Source: Octopus bimaculoides
Taxonomy: Eukaryota
DNA length: 64,000 nucleotides
Reading direction: 5' to 3'
NCBI RefSeq assembly: GCF_001194135.2
Contig: NC_068982.1
Location: 2,019,817-2,083,816, forward strand
Shown here one piece after another: positions 36,075-49,197 of the stretch (positions within the stretch are counted from its first letter, which is position 1; each line of letters opens with the position of its first letter). The notes beneath the pieces are model-generated. The model worked only from the letters and a program-made list of their open reading frames with translations, was not told the DNA's origin and made no database searches. The translations under genes were made by a program, and so were the position numbers.

Positions 36075-38621
36075 AAAAAAAAAAAAAAGAAATGACAACA
36101 CGGACAATACTGAACCTTTAGACTATCGATTAGCTGTTTGACCAAAGTGTTTAACATACCAGTTAGAAAAACTAGTAAAAAACGGCTGATCGATAAATTT
36201 GTTGGCGGAATATCTAACCTATTAACTAACAATAAAAGACCGAACCAGTGCGTGTGTTTATCATTACCGGCATAATGCCTCACCCAAGGTTCAATATATA
36301 TATACATATATATATATATACACACACACATACACACACACACACAAATATAAGGTTTATTCTTTCCCGTACAGTAGTTTACTTTATATCTTACTGATGC
36401 AAAAAGTCGCGATAGTCTATACGAATCCATGGAATATAACGAATAAGATTTTATGGTTGATGGAAATCTATAAAATATTTCCAGATAATTTATATCTTTG
36501 ATGGTAGTTTTATTCTTAGCGCATGGTATATATGCTGGAGAAGAATATAAAGAGGTGTTTAAAGAGGTTCCCGTTCAGGAATTTGTGAAAGATGTTCGAA
36601 ACTTTGAAAACAGTTGATAGCATTCGTTAAAGTTTACACTCATCAAAACACCCACATATATCAAGTCTGAGATAAATTTATACGAGACCATATTAAATAA
36701 TATATAAAGTTATAGTCATTGTAGCAAAATTGAAAAATCTCTACTGTTACAACAAACAAAGAAATAACATTTGCTCTGTTGACAAAATGAGATGGTAAAA
36801 TATTCAAAATTGAAATAATATCCAAGGTAATTCGAATGTCACTGAAAATCAGCAAAGTAAAATTTAATTTGAGAATGTTTAAAGTATTAGAGTAGCATAC
36901 ACCTTTATATGACTTAGTATGTTATGGATGAAAAGCATTAATACTACCAGAAACTATTCGAGGTCATTTGCCTTGCATTGAATCACATATTTAGTCTCAT
37001 TTCTTTTTCATTAATTTAGCGAGCATACAGTGGAAGCTGATCAGATAAATACATTCAGAATGTTTGACATCCACGGATGAGAAACAGATGAACATATTGC
37101 AACAACATGTAGAAACATACAGATCATGAAACAAATATACAGAAATGTTGTCTCTCTAGACGAGTATTGTGTTGCACATATTTCTGCCGTGATAACAGGC
37201 AGTAAAATATGCTGTTATATTACTAGCTCCATAAAGATTATAAGAGATATTTCAACTTATTTCCGATAGAATTTCAGTGACATGAAAAAATATTGAAAAC
37301 AATACTGGCCAATACTTCGACGAACGACGCAAATAATTAAATTTCACAAACGTAGAAGAATACATTTGTATGTCTCCTATTGTATGTCTCCTACAAAGCA
37401 ATTGCATATTAGCACATTAGGTTGAACACGCATGCACATACAGAATCACGCATCAAAATGCACAATGATGCCCACGTTAGAAGACGTGACGAGATAGAAA
37501 AAATACATGCAAATACACATATTTATGACCCTATATGTGTATATAAATATGTGTTTGCTTGGAAGTATAGCTACTGGCGTACGTATAATATAGGCCATGT
37601 GTTCTACCATTTCTTAATAAAAAAATAAAATAATGATTACCAATGACTAGAATTCATAAATAAATAAACTCGTATTGAGAAGAAAATATTTTATACATAT
37701 TTTCATTCATTTCCCGACTTTCAACAGCAAATTTCTAAACCTACTTCGAAGTATGACGAAAGGATTATCTCCCTTGTAATACCTATCTTAAAACTGTCCC
37801 ATGTGATTAAAGAATGGTATCACATGTGTCTGAATAATTTTGATTGGATTCACGAGGATCTAGTTTTGAACGTTTTACAGCTGACGATGAATCTTCGTGT
37901 GACTACAGGAAGGATTACCTATAGAAAATAGCACCCTCATATGATGGTTACACTTTCAAGAATAATATATTGGAAAATGTTTCTCAAATCATTTTTAGCT
38001 GATACTGAAGTTATTATCCACTTAAAGACATTTTTACAAGACAGAATTTCTCTGGAAACGAGTATTACTGCCTAAATACAGTTAATCTCCTTTTTGCAAC
38101 CAGTACATAAACGCTAATACCAGAGGACACATGCTTTGCTGTTGTTCTTTTCCTGAAACACTCCGATCCACGAAGACAGTCCGCAGCTCGAAATGTAATA
38201 CGTTTCAAAACAATTCATTTCCCCTAGTGTGGGCTTATCGAAATATCATTGTTTATTGTACATGTAGAGATGCGTTCCGGAAACACTGATTGATGATGGC
38301 AATACCATCGAAATCTAGTTACTGTAGTCGCTAAGCAAGCGAATATGCCCCTGACATGAGCTCGTATGTCAGGGACGTTTTCGTTTATACCAATAACAGT
38401 GACTTCAGAAAATTCCAATTTCTGACGCCTCAATGAGTCTTTCTCAGCTGCACAATCTATATTTTCCTTCTATAAACACCGGATAAAATATTTGTAGAAT
38501 TTTGGTGGAGTCTTCATCAAAGGAATGATTTTTATGCATATGTATTTTACTGTACGAAGGCAGAAACTCTAGAAAGCCTACACCACTCAAGAAATATATA
38601 TGTGTGGGTGTGTTTGTGTGT

Positions 38622-38671
<50 letters not shown>

Positions 38672-39879
38672 CAGATAGATAGAGAGAGCGATCGAGGGTG
38701 TGTGCGTGTGTTTGCAAGTGTGTGTACGTGTGTATATGCGGTATGCAAATGTGTCTGAATAATGATATTCTCGCTTGAGAAAAATAGGGATGATCCTATT
38801 TACATTTCTTGTTGATATTGCGATCCTCCGCTTTGTACTTTCCATGACTTGTGGAATAAAGACTCTTAGATCGAGAAAATGTGAAGGTTTTAGTCAAGAA
38901 AAGTTAATCTCCATAAAAACTGTCTCATATAGTTCCCACCTAACGCATGGCAGCTCCAAAAAATCGGACGTGAAAAGAAAATGAACGGACTCCATTACGT
39001 CAGTGTTTTTCTTTTGGATATCTATGCATTTAAATTGTACGACCTTGTGTCATTGTTGCATATTTTGCTGTTTTTAGTTTTTATGTTTATTTGATTTTAT
39101 CGTACATCGTGGTTGTTTTTGTCATATGATTAATCTGATGGTCCTTTGGCTATTCTTCCACCTTTGTGGGTCTTATAAATTGACTGTTTATGTACATTTT
39201 CATCCGTTAGAGTAGAGTCTGCAATGATATACTCACCACTTTCGTTTCCTCGCGAAGGCAAAGAAATCAAAAGATGCATTCGGGTGCAATTTACTTCTTC
39301 CTGGTTCAAATTTTCTTCATGATTTTATTTTCTTCATACAGTATTTTGGTTATTTCACTTTCGGTTCTATGAGAACTACAAGCAATTCCGTACCAGTTTT
39401 TGTAGCCCTGCTCCTACATGTTTAAGAAAGTGTAATCTTACTCTATGACATTAATCAACATATATTCAGTACTGCTGATGTTAGAAACAAATTCACCTCA
39501 CTTGTGGCCAAATCATATGTATTGTCTGAGGGCAAGTTTCTGCACAATCGTTTCTGTGTTTATTCCACCTGTGCATATCGTTTGTTAAGATGTATTTTGA
39601 AGTATGTAACACTCAAACACGAACAATCATATAACTTCGTGATGCATAGATTTCGAGAAAATTATGAACTTTCATTTATCAACGCATAAATAGTCTAGCT
39701 TATCCGCACTGATAGTCTAGCTTATCTTTTCTTTTACTTTAACCTAAAGAAGGAATGGTATTTTTAACGTGCAATATATTTGGCACAAGGGCTTTGTTTC
39801 AATCCGAATAATGATTTTAGAATTAAGATCTTGATAAGATATTATTCCAAGATGACTATTAATCTGTGTTGTCATTAGT

Positions 39880-40622
39880 GCCATTAATAAGACCGTCATC
39901 CAATATTTTTTACAAGCCGCTCGTAGTCACATGCCTCCCCATATTGCTTTCCGAAAATCATAATCCGTCATTGATCCTCAGCCTTGGTTCTGACCTAACC
40001 AGGACTCGTATATTTGTTCGCACGATATGCTCAATCAGTATATAATGAGCAGCGCTGACTGACGTCTCTTCTCAGCACAAGGCCTTCCTTTTTTATACTT
40101 TTCATGAACAACTGCCTCAGCCAGAATAGTGTAACTACTCTTTGAAATTTGTCTTCGTTTAAATGTTGGACGGCCTCTTTCCTTTTAAATTGTAAAGAAT
40201 ATCCATGACATCAACCGCCAGGTCTAATATTTCTATTCAACCAGCGTATTCGGCATCTGGGTGTCCTTCCAGCTTAATTACCTCACCATTTTGTACTTGA
40301 TTTTCTACGATCTTCTGTTGGTACAAATTTACTCATACTCCTGGCGCTTTTCTCTAAATGTTGCTGTTTCGGCTAAAGAAATTTGCTTCTCTTTTAGAAG
40401 TCTCTTTGCCTTAGCATGATTGTTAGCAGGATTAGTAAATTTGATGAGACGCCATTGAGGTCGGCGTTGGAGTTGTGGTCGTAACTCTTACTACCGTTCT
40501 GCCGATGATGTTGAAGTTGTTAACGTTGTCAACAGTATTGACAATAGTCAATTGACAATAGCCAAATTGACAATAGTCAAATTGACAATAGTCAAATTGA
40601 CAATGAGTGACTGCCAAGGTAA
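39880..40622 (-). mobile_element. Possible decayed DNA transposon (piggyBac-like)
   Basis: Minus-strand fragments AVDVMD and SMTDYDFRKAI weakly recall the piggyBac C-terminus; end TTTA+CCTTGGCAGTCAC with a subterminal repeat array; no second TIR found. Confidence 0.3.
40526..40604. repeat. Tandem array of 14-15-bp self-palindromic units TTGAC-aata-GTCAA(A), about 4.5 copies
   Basis: Units start at 40538, 40552, 40567, 40582 and 40597; preceded by ttgtcaa-cagta-ttgacaa. Confidence 0.9.
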
Positions 40623-40924
40623 ACTGCTTTTCTTTCCGTTGTTTCAATAAAACGAAATACAGTGATAGGATTGATTTTATGGAGCAGAACTCTTCCCAAA
40701 TTTTAGCCCTAATTTCAATGCAAGAAAGAAATCGCATTATTCTTAGAGTGTTGTGTTCTGAGTTCTTCGAGTGGAAAATAGAACGCTGCGGGTTCTTTGA
40801 TTCGATTTTGTACTGAGTTCAAATTCCATAGAGATCAACTTAGCATCTTATCACATCAGTTCGATAAAACAAAGTACTACAGAAATAGTGATCTCGATGG
40901 AATCAGTCTTCCTCCCTTCTAAAA

Positions 40925-41165
40925 AAATTCCTGGAGTTGCTGACTGCTGTTGGAGGACAAACACAGACAAAGACATACGTGCACGCACAACACACATACA
41001 CACTCACACGTTTCTTTCATTTTCCCTGCATCACATCCATTCACAAGGCTTTGGTAGGTCCGAGATTATAGTGGAAGACAAGTGTCCAAGAAGCCACTTT
41101 CAAGGTCTGAATCTACAACCATGTGGTTAGAAAGCAAACATCCTACCATACAGTCAGGCCCACGC
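40925..41165 (-). mobile_element. SINE family D fragment
   Basis: ggacaaacacagac..atccattcacaaggctttggt..gaagacaagtgtcc..catgtggtt. Confidence 0.75.
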
Positions 41166-42363
41166 CTAAATGTATGTGTTTTTGTGTTTTGTCTGGTGAT
41201 GATGGTGGTGGTGGTGGTGGCGGCGGCGGCGTGTTATAAAAACAAGACTAAATCGCATATTAATTATTGTTATGTACAGTACAATACTGATTTAACTTTA
41301 TATAGTAATTTATAGTAAAACTTGTAAAGAAATTATGTGCTTAATATCCCAGTAGGATTCATCGATTTTTGTCAATCATTAATTCCTAGTTTTATATTAT
41401 TGACGTCTTCTGTTTTATTGATGCCTATGATCTCTCGATCATATTTAGTTAAGCACAAGGAATTCCACGGAGAGTTTAAAACGAACATGATAATTATTTA
41501 ATAGGCAAAACGCAAACAAATGGTTTAAAAAGGCTTAAATGTAGGCAATCACATTTCGAGTAGTAGCTTCACTGTGTATCCGAAACTAACCAAAATGACC
41601 ATACATTTATATCAAGGCATATTATTCTTATAGCGTGTCATAAAATTCGATAAAAAAGTGTTCAAAAAATCTACCGTTCGGATTGGAAAATCCAACGCTT
41701 CGAACAAGAAACGATATTCTTAGCACGTGGAGTGCTAGGTTTACTTTCCGGTAAAATGGAAGATATTTTAACATTACCAGGCGACTCTCTCGTAGAGAAA
41801 GGATTGATGAGGAAACAAAAAAAGATGGAGAGAAATACACGATTCTGAATGAACTGTCAACGTCTTCTAAATTAACCCGAAGAGGAAGAAATTTGTTTGA
41901 GGCGTGGGTGGCAAGGGAGACAACCTTTGCCAGGGATGTGTGTGTGTATACTCAAGCACGAATGTGTATGGAGCGAATATATGCCTGTATATATATATAA
42001 GATAAACAAGGGGGGAAAAAACTACAGAAGGCCTTCTGTAGTTTTTTCACTCTTGTTTATCTTTTATACATCCAGCCACGTGATTTCACATACCAACTTT
42101 CTCATCTATATATATATATATGCCTACTAAACGTGGCGGTCGCATTGATGACAGTGCTATTGTTGTTTTTACCTCCAGGAAAACATCTCCAGCTGGCCAA
42201 CGACACACAATCTATGTCCGATTAGTATTTGCAAGGGAAGTAATAGCTCCTATCTCTAGCCCTACGTGATACACATAGACCCGAGCTGTGTGTGTCTGTC
42301 TGGTGCTCTCTTATATATATATATATATATATATATATAGCGTCTCCTAAAAGCTTAGTCACA

Positions 42364-42398
<35 letters not shown>

Positions 42399-42399
42399 C

Positions 42400-42560
42400 G
42401 CGCTTGGGAATGGATGACGGTTAGAAGATCGAAACTGCGAGATTAGCTGTTCACTTTGCCGGCATAACAGGCCCATTGAATTAGCATATAAGCGCGGGAT
42501 GCTCAACCGGCTCACGCAGCTTCAGTCAAACGTTATGTAGGAATCAGTGTGACACCGAGT
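42400..42560 (+). promoter_or_regulatory. Candidate Pol II core promoter
   Basis: Locally CpG-rich and non-repetitive; ATTAGCAT overlapping TATAAG (42487) and TCAGTC Inr (42522); spacing 37 nt, longer than canonical. Confidence 0.3.
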
Positions 42561-42789
42561 CACAAAGATGCGCCGTTGAAATCCTGATATGAGTCAAGCT
42601 TCAGTAAAGTTTCCGAGTACTCATTTTACCTCATAAGTCGCGCTCGACTTAAAGATGAGGAAACTGGCATTGTTCAAGAGGCCATGAAACAGAATGTTTT
42701 CGAGATATCGTGAATGCGTTTAGAAGTGAACTTACTAAATTTTTCTCCATGTTGCACCTGCCTGTCTGTCTGTTTGTGAAAATATTGGT

Positions 42790-43055
42790 GTATATATATA
42801 TATATCTATATATATCTATATCTATCTATCTATCTATCTATATCTATATCTATATCTATATATCTATCTATATCTATCTATATCTATATCTATTTATATC
42901 TATCTATATCTATATCTCTATATATATCTATATCTATATCTCTATATATATCTATATCTATCTATCTATCTATATCTATCTATATATCTATATCTATCTA
43001 TATATCTATATCTATCTATATATCTATATCTATCTATATCTATATATATATATAT
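42790..43055. repeat. Compound (TA)/(TATC)/(TATATC) microsatellite
   Basis: Seen directly. Confidence 0.95.
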
Positions 43056-43059
43056 CTTC

Positions 43060-43390
43060 TTTCCTTTACTTATTTCAGTCATTAGACTACGGCCATGTTT
43101 TAAGCATGGTAATCGTTTAATCACCTTGTTTAACCGAACCTCTATATTAAACACACTAATGCATGTTATTCAGCAATGCTGGTGAACAAACACGCACGCA
43201 CACGCACGCCAACACTCACACACACAATATATATACTACGGACTTCCTTCAATTTCCGTCTACCAAATCCACGCACAAGGCTTAATAGAAGCTATAATAG
43301 AAGACACCCTAGGTATCACACAATAGGACTGAATCCAAGACCGTGCGGTTGGCAAGCAAACGTCTTACCACAGTGCTACGTCTACGCCCT
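43060..43390 (-). mobile_element. SINE family D (degenerate)
   Basis: tttcagtcattagactacggccatg..tttccgtctaccaaatccac.cacaaggc..gtggttggcaagc. Confidence 0.75.
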
Positions 43391-43744
43391 AAACATAAAG
43401 ACAACGTTGATGTCAGGGTTACGCATCCCTTCGCCTCAGGCATGCTCTAACTATAGATGAACACATTTAGCACTTGCATAAAAAAGAATTTGCTTTCTAG
43501 CTTTACGACCGAGCAATTCTAAGTAGTTTACAAGACTGTTGTGATATATAATTAATGATCGTTTTCTCGACCTGCTGTCCTCAGGTGAACTCTTGACATC
43601 CGTGGCATTTTGCCGCATGCTTTCGATGTCAGCAGTAAAAGCATGACAATGGAATAATGGAAATCATCACATCATCTATTGAGTAAATGCTGTCGTAGGC
43701 TAGAAACAGAACAGATGCCGTCTCTGAAGATATATGCTGGTTTG

Positions 43745-43950
43745 AAATTTTGGCACAATGCCAGCAATTCCGGAGAAATATAAATTGATTACATCGACCC
43801 CAGAGCACAACTGGTACTTCTTTTATCGGCCCTGAAAGGAGGTAAGGCGAAGTCGATCTCGGAGGAGTTTGAACTGAGAATGTAAAGACAAACGAAATGC
43901 TGCTAAGCATCTTGTTCGTCGAGCTAACCGTTGTGCCAGTTTGCCTCCTT
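43745..43950 (-). mobile_element. SINE family E
   Basis: gattacatcgaccccag..actggtac..gaaagga..aagtcgatctcgg.ggagtttgaact. Confidence 0.8.
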
Positions 43951-45239
43951 GCCTGAAAATATATTTCGCCATCCTAAATAACTGATATGTTGGATCCTCA
44001 AAATATCAAATAAAAGCAGTCCTGTTTATACGCATACACACCCAACAACAACAACCCACATATCAAAAAGAAAGAAAGAAAAATAGAAAGAAAATTTAAA
44101 AGAAAAAATGGATTTTCACAGCTAGAAAACCAGTGCAGATTTCAGTTAGTTAAGATCTAGCAGCAGCAGCAACAGTAACAACAACGAACATTTGTGAATG
44201 GTATGTAACCATTGTTCAATGATCTGCTTGAAGCGTGGATGTGATTGAGAATGCGGATCTTCACAGATAACTAAGTATAAGTAGATGCAGTCAATATGTT
44301 CTTGTACTCCCAATTACTCCTGGAGATGTATGGCATCAGGTAGCTTAGTATTATATCTAAACATAACGAATAACAGGAAATGTTCACAGTCACTAGATTT
44401 TTTAATCAATCTTTCGTGAAGAGTACAAATACTTTTATTTTTGCGTGGATAAGGCAACGGGAAGAATGATAGTGTTCTAGAAATCGAAATTGAAAAAAAT
44501 AATATGAAAAAAAAAGGTAAATAAAACAATGAAGGAAATTGTAATCAAGCCGGAAACACATTAATTGATTATGAATTAATCTCTACAGATGGATGCAAAG
44601 ATTAGAAAAGAAATAATTTATTGGAAATTGTAAATAAAATCATATAAACACACTTCTTATTAGAATCGATTTTTCCTTGAGGAAGAAGAAATCATTAGAC
44701 ATCAATATCAAAATAACAGCGTTGGATGTAGTAGCCGTGGTAGTTTGTAGCAAAGTGACTCTTATGTTATTCGTATATACAGAATAATTTTTCTTCCTGT
44801 CACTGGAAATAATAATTATGATTTCTAATGTTTGTTACGGCAACGGAGAAACATGTGTAGTTAACAGGCGTTCATGATTTCATCGATGGATGAAATAAAG
44901 AAACGAAGTAAAGCGTGGTTTTAGAACAGATAGGATGAACCTAAGACATACTACAATTAATTATAATAAACGGAATTTAAACAACATTCACGGACACACT
45001 GTTTTAATGAGGGATTAAATTGGACTATAGCGAGGTCAGAATTTGAATGCTACCAATTTCAATGACCTCGGAGCGGCTAAAGCTAAATTTGATCTGCAAA
45101 GAGTATAAGCATACATCTCAAACATATTTACTAAAATACATAATATTTTGTATGGAATTTTAACGAATCTGCTTCTTGTTGGCGTCATTCTTCTTATTTC
45201 AGGATCACTGAAATAAAGTACGAAGTACTGACTGACACC

Positions 45240-45395
45240 CACACTCTACAACAACTGCAAAAATCGGCTTTAATTGGACCTATAAGCAAACTGCGTAAAG
45301 TAGTGTCTGTCTGAGGTCCTTCTTGTTGTGACTTGACAGACAAGACAACCTCCAGTACTCACAATATCTTCAATCTACAACATCACAAAACTTTG
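45240..45395 (+). mobile_element. R4/Dong 3' end, opposite orientation to the adjacent body
   Basis: TLQQLQKSALIGPISKLRKVVSV* followed by the 3' UTR motif shared with 4860-4980. Confidence 0.7.
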
Positions 45396-47430
45396 GTGAT
45401 AACCTCCGATCTGTTGGTATAGTTTTGACTGTTTAGATGTATCCCATAATCGTATAGGATGGTAACATTCTCTCCCTCAGTGACTGGCTCTGGGTGGTAT
45501 AGTTTTTCGGGTGCAGGATATCATAGTGACGGCATACGCGCGTCCCTACCTTCCAGCTTTCCTGGTTGGCTTTTGTTTTACACTTTTTGCTGGATTCGTG
45601 GGTAGCGTGTCTTCCTTATCATCATCATGATCATGTCGGTTAAGCTCTCCTTTCTGTTTATATGCTTCTTTTGAGATTTATTTGTAGGTTTTTATTCTGT
45701 TCATGTCGCTTTACTAGTTCTATCATCCAGTGGGTGTTACTCTGGATGTGCACTTCGAGTTATATTGTGGTGGTTTTATAGGACGTTACAAGTTGGATTA
45801 GGCCCCAACCACCTTCCTGGAGAAAAAGGTTATGAGCTGATGGATTTTTGGAACTACGGTTTCATTATTCTTTGGGAGTAGGTAAGTAATGTGACTTGCT
45901 AATCAGTCAGGTATTTTTTAGTATCTCTCATAATTTGATTAAATACCTGAAGTAACTTCTCGCGGGTGCACGGTAGAGATTTACGCCAGACATTTGACAC
46001 CTTGTCTTTACCAGATGATTTTTATGAGCCTTCTTGAGCGTCTTTTCTAGGTTTCCTATTGTGATGTCTTCCGATGCTCGTTCTGGTAAATTTTGGTAGA
46101 ATTATTCTCTCGTCTATTTCAATCTACATTTTGATTGTTTATCTCATCTCTCCAAACCTTTTTCTGAAAGATTTGAACTTCTTCCATGAGACATGGGAAG
46201 TGGTGCCTTCAATGGTTATTGTCTCATTCTCTATTTCTCTGTAAAATGTTCTGACATTTGATTTGAACAACTTGCTGTGCTTCTAAAAATTGCTTGTTTC
46301 TTTTCTCAAGTCTTCGAATTCTTTGAGCTTTAGCGTAGACTTTTTACTTCTGCATTTCTTTTGTTGGTAACATTTCTTCCCTGGATGAAAATCCATATTT
46401 TCTATTCATCTTTCTTCCTATTCTGGATCTTATAGCGATTCCGCACTTCATTTAATATTGATAGTTACCTCTCATTAATTCAATCCCTTTTTCAATTTTA
46501 CTTTTCCAAATGAGATTTCTCAGGTTTGGTTTTCTTTGTTTTTTTCCGCAGGCAAACAACTGCTTTCAATTGCATGAGTAAATGCGTAATTAATTTTACT
46601 TAACTCAGTAAGGTCAGGTTTTAATTCTTGTACGATATCGTTTGTTACATAGATGCCAATTTCAATTTGCATTTTTATTTAGGTTTGTATTTCAGAGTTT
46701 ATGAAGTGGTTCTCTATCATTCATACCTGTACGTCTTACAACTTCAAACTCCTTCAGAATTTTCTCCTTATATCTCTCATTGATTCCCTGTGATCTTTAG
46801 CAAATGTATGGTCTTCAAACACTGTTTCTTACCCACTTTCCTGTCTATTGTCTATCTTTATTACGTTAATTAGAATTCCTTATTTCTTCAGGCCTTTGCT
46901 TGATTTTGTCAGATGACAGTGTTTCAATGAAGACTCGAAGCGGGCTACTCTATTCACCTGATCTTTCTTCCTCTTTTATTTTCCACTGTGTTTGATCGCC
47001 ATTATTTCAGCATCTGTGAGTGTTATTTCGGACGATATCCTTCCTAACATTTCCTCACTTGTTCTTTATCCAGATATAGTCTGCTGCCTTGATTTCATGT
47101 TCTTTATATTTTGTAATAGTTTGTCGTGTTTCTCTCGAGATGATTTACCTAATGTATAATAATAACAAGCGTATATTACTTCTTAATACTCTTTGCGAGT
47201 CCTCTCGATACATTTATATTTTTCGTTTCGTGATGGTTGTGATGGTGAACATGGAGGGCTCAATTTGAGGCAGTTCCTGTTCAAGTGACTATCCACGTTT
47301 GTATTCGAAGAAGAATTTGTGTCACTGGATGGTTTTTCGAGCTCAGGCTTGCTCTCTCCTGAAGGACCCTCACTCATAGGCAAAGCGATTTGGCCTGCTC
47401 TTAGCTTTGTTTCATAAAACAGGTTTTTCT
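45396..47430 (-). mobile_element. R4/Dong-clade element, decayed, RT core deleted
   Basis: Minus strand: KLFKSNVRTFYREIE..LLQVFNQIMRD..ITYLLPKNNETVVPK joined to NPSAHNLFLQEGGWGLIQLVTSYKTTT..EPVTEGENVTILYDYGIH; (TAA)n at the 5' end. Confidence 0.85.
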
Positions 47431-48705
47431 TACATTATTATTATTATTATCATCATCACTGTTATTATTACCGTCTTTGTTATTGTCGTTACTAATGCTA
47501 TCATTATTCTTCTACAGTAGCTGTGTCCACCACTGATTACCAATGTTTTTGTTCTTGTAGTTATGTTCTGTGGTAACAGTGTAGTTGTTATCATTTTCAT
47601 TATTGTTGATGGCGATTGGCAAAGTTAAGCTTTCTGGCTTCCCTCCTATCACTGTGTAGCAGTATTAAATGTTGCTAGCTACACTTCATGCCTTGTGTTT
47701 CAGGTTGACGTAAATACATTCGAATCGAGGGGATAGTAGGAGGAAGCGACACAATCTGGCGCGGACATACAGGTATCACTACTCTATAAATATATTCAAC
47801 AAATGCTGACAGGCAACCAACAAAGAAGTAGTTGTACCCATGTGGTCAGCAAAGGTCAAAATATGTTTACTACCACTATGATTAGTGAGGGATGGAATAC
47901 TTCGAAGAGAACTAATATACTCTGTTCTGCTTCAATATACGGGACTTTTTTCTATGCGGGACTATTTATGACACACACTGAATTAAATTCATTGGGGTGG
48001 GAGGTTTTAAACTCACTGGCCGATAAATTTCTTAGTGTCTATTTCTATATGGTCAAAATTAACGTGAGTTATTTAGACATTAGCAAATTTATTAGAATAT
48101 TTAGCTGAAGATCGGAATGGGGGAATTCATACCCTTAACCGTGAAACGTCGTACCCAATTAACTAAAGGCAGGTTTGTTTTTACTCTTCTCTTCTGTTTT
48201 TTGTTCTGTGTGTGCCATAGATATCGCTATCCATTAGAGAAAAAATTTGTAGTTTGGAATCAGTAGTCCTTTGACTGCTATTTCTGAATTCTCAGTATGT
48301 TGGAGAAGCAGGCTACTGCTGATCCCTGTATATTTATGATTATATATATATATATATATATATACATACATACACCGTTGACTTTTTAGTGGGGAAATAT
48401 TAAATGACTTTTTGTAATTGTGGAGTACTCTAATTAATATGTTTATCTTCTGCGTTCGTTGACAGTTGTGGACTGTTTTCTGAGTTTGTAATTTTAGAGG
48501 ATGTTTGCGTGTTGGAAAAGCTAGAAGGAAGTATGAAAATATGTAATCACAGAGAGGCGCTTATTTTGAAGTTGCTCAAATGAAATAGCTGGGTGCGTTT
48601 GTGTGTTCTTCCGCTAAAAGAGAAAAAAAAATCAAACACTCACAGAAAATTGTAGCTATTGATGGAGTACATTTTTATTGAACTTTCTATCACAGGACAG
48701 TGCAT

Positions 48706-48739
<34 letters not shown>

Positions 48740-49117
48740 GATAAGTAGATGGTAGACAGAATCTCGTAATCACGACTTATCGTATTCTGCTTACATACAG
48801 TAATTTGACATCAATGCCACAGGTTTGCTTGGAAGATGTAATGAATATGTACATTGTAAAAGACATTGAAACACGTGTACACACACACGCCTACCATTGT
48901 TACAGTGATAGGTCTATTAGTTCGCTGAATGAATGAGGGCGGTTACAATAAATGTGCTTATAAGTAAAATAATGCAAAGTTATTGATATTTGTGAAGTGT
49001 ACCGTTGTGTTTTAGGCAAATATATGGCATTAATTAATAGTTGATTATATCTAATATGTAGTGTTGTAAGGTTAATTATTGAAGTGCCATTAATCAGAAT
49101 TCTGAAGCATACCGCTT

Positions 49118-49197
<80 letters not shown>

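Noticed and set aside
40538-40604. CRISPR-like array or bacterial -35 boxes (TTGACA)
   Set aside because: Units are contiguous with no spacers, there are no cas genes, and the context is eukaryotic.
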